From: Octopus bimaculoides
Taxonomy: Eukaryota
Direction of reading: 5' to 3'
NCBI RefSeq assembly: GCF_001194135.2
Contig: NC_068989.1
Location: forward strand, 57,407,083 to 57,443,382
Length of the DNA stretch: 36,300 bases
Shown here piece after piece: positions 35,091-36,300 of the stretch. The position numbers were made by a program, and so were the translations under genes. The notes under the pieces are model-generated. The model saw only the letters and a list, made by a program, of their open reading frames with translations. It was not told the origin of the DNA and made no database searches. Position 1 is the stretch's first letter. Each line of letters opens with the position of its first letter.

Positions 35091-35334
35091 TTTTCCCACA
35101 TTGGGGAAAAAACAACAATTTAAAATAAAACTAGCAACAATTTGAACAGTAACAATCAATCAAACAGATATTTAACACTATGACTTACGTCTAACATGAC
35201 AAAAAACAACTCAAACCGCCTGTGACACAAACCCCCGCCAAGGCAACACCAACATCCTCTCAACGAATAGCCAAAGATAATTTTTTAAATGAGAATACCT
35301 GAAACAAACTCGACTGCTCTCACAAACGAGAATA

Positions 35335-35600
35335 CTAAAAATGAACCCGACCGCTCTCAAAATTTAAGTAAAAAAAACTGGAAAAATAATCCAGAATCCT
35401 TGTCCGGTACCGGGTCGATCTCAAAATCTAATCAGTTCGTGCCAGTCACGAGTCACAAGGCCAAAGATCTCTCACATACATACACAGACACATACATACA
35501 CAGACACATCCATCCATCCATCCATACGTACATACATACATAATACATACATACATACATACATACATACATACATACATACACATATATCAACATACGC
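35335..35600 (+). mobile_element. Possible Helitron/Helentron-associated non-autonomous fragment followed by (CATA)n
   Basis: aaaataatccagaatccttgtccggtaccgggtcgatctcaaaatctaatcagttcgtgccagtc resembles recalled invertebrate HINE-type bodies that lead into a tetranucleotide microsatellite; termini not identified. Confidence 0.4.
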
Positions 35601-35903
35601 CTATATAGATACCTATAAGCATGCATATATGCACTCACAAACAAATATCCACATACATACACAATTCTCTTCACTTATCAATGTAAACACAAACCATAAC
35701 TGCTTCAAGGCCAATATTTCATGTTTCTTGAATTAATATCTTCAAAGATTATCAACTTATTCGTTGACAATTCCATTCTCTTCCAACCTTTCAACATCCA
35801 CATCCTATACACTATTTTTTCTCTCTTCTCTTCTTTAAGTGAGCATTTGTTTTGTCCATATTTTGTTTCCTATTTTGTCATTATGTTTGGATACTAAAAA
35901 CAG

Positions 35904-35904
<1 letters not shown>

Positions 35905-35946
<42 letters not shown>
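35905..35946. repeat. (TTA)n = (TAA)n on the element strand, abutting the 3' end of the R4/Dong-like LINE
   Basis: Direct reading. Confidence 0.95.
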
Positions 35947-35949
<3 letters not shown>

Positions 35950-36300
35950 TAGTTTTATTTTTATAACGTGCTTTCACTTCACTACCGAGCGCAGCTCTGT
36001 GCGCCTTGGGTATGTGCTGTGGTTTGCTGTGGTGCTCTTATGTTTACTGTATTGAAAGTGTTTTGCGTAGAATGTGTGCAGTACCCAGTAGTGCAATTTT
36101 CTGTATGTTATATATATTTGTAAGTCCTGGTGTTTTTGTTATGTATTTGTCTGAATATTTTTTTATTATACCTAAGGCACCTACTATGATAGGAATTGTT
36201 TCTGTTTTTAGATTCCACATTCGAGTTATCTCTATTTCCAGGTCTTTGTATTTTGAAAGTTTTTCCATTTCTTTTAGAGAAACGTTGTCATCTGCTGGTA
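35947..36300 (-). mobile_element. 3' end of an R4/Dong-like non-LTR retrotransposon (REL endonuclease C-terminus plus 97-bp 3' UTR)
   Basis: Open frame from window edge PADDNVSLKEMEKLSKYKDLEIEITRMWNLKTETIPIIVGALGII...IQKIALLGTAHILRKTLSIQ* matches the K..KY..L....IPIIVGALG...QK.ALLGTA.ILR terminus of R4-clade REL domains; UTR ends in (TAA)n. Confidence 0.85.
36044..36298 (-). CDS. Partial ORF: C-terminus of RT/REL-endonuclease polyprotein (continues beyond window)
   Basis: No stops or frameshifts in the 85 visible codons; stop at 36046-36044. Confidence 0.8.
   Translation of the reverse strand, partial: PADDNVSLKEMEKLSKYKDLEIEITRMWNLKTETIPIIVGALGIIKKYSDKYITKTPGLTNIYNIQKIALLGTAHILRKTLSIQ

Overview
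AT-rich, microsatellite-dense eukaryotic genomic DNA from a draft scaffold with 8 N-gaps. The repeat landscape (tRNA-derived SINE families, huge (TA)n/(CA)n/(TATG)n/(TTA)n tracts) strongly suggests an octopus such as Octopus; this is inference from recalled repeat families, not a database result. I find no intact host protein-coding gene. Almost all ORFs in the supplied track are translations of microsatellites or gaps. The recognisable coding pieces are all retroelement-derived: a CR1-group LINE with an inverted 5' part (17208-18127), a gag/ORF1-like 5' LINE fragment (34425-35090), the 3' end of an R4/Dong-like REL-endonuclease LINE ending in (TAA)n (35947-36300), and decayed RT remnants. Non-coding highlights are a 144-bp-arm fold-back hairpin (20068-20361), a minimal hammerhead-ribozyme-like motif with an intact catalytic core (33268-33314) plus degenerate relatives, and a degenerate tRNA-Arg(TCT) abutting a hammerhead-like hairpin (9822-9978). 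SINE family labels A-D are my own working labels.
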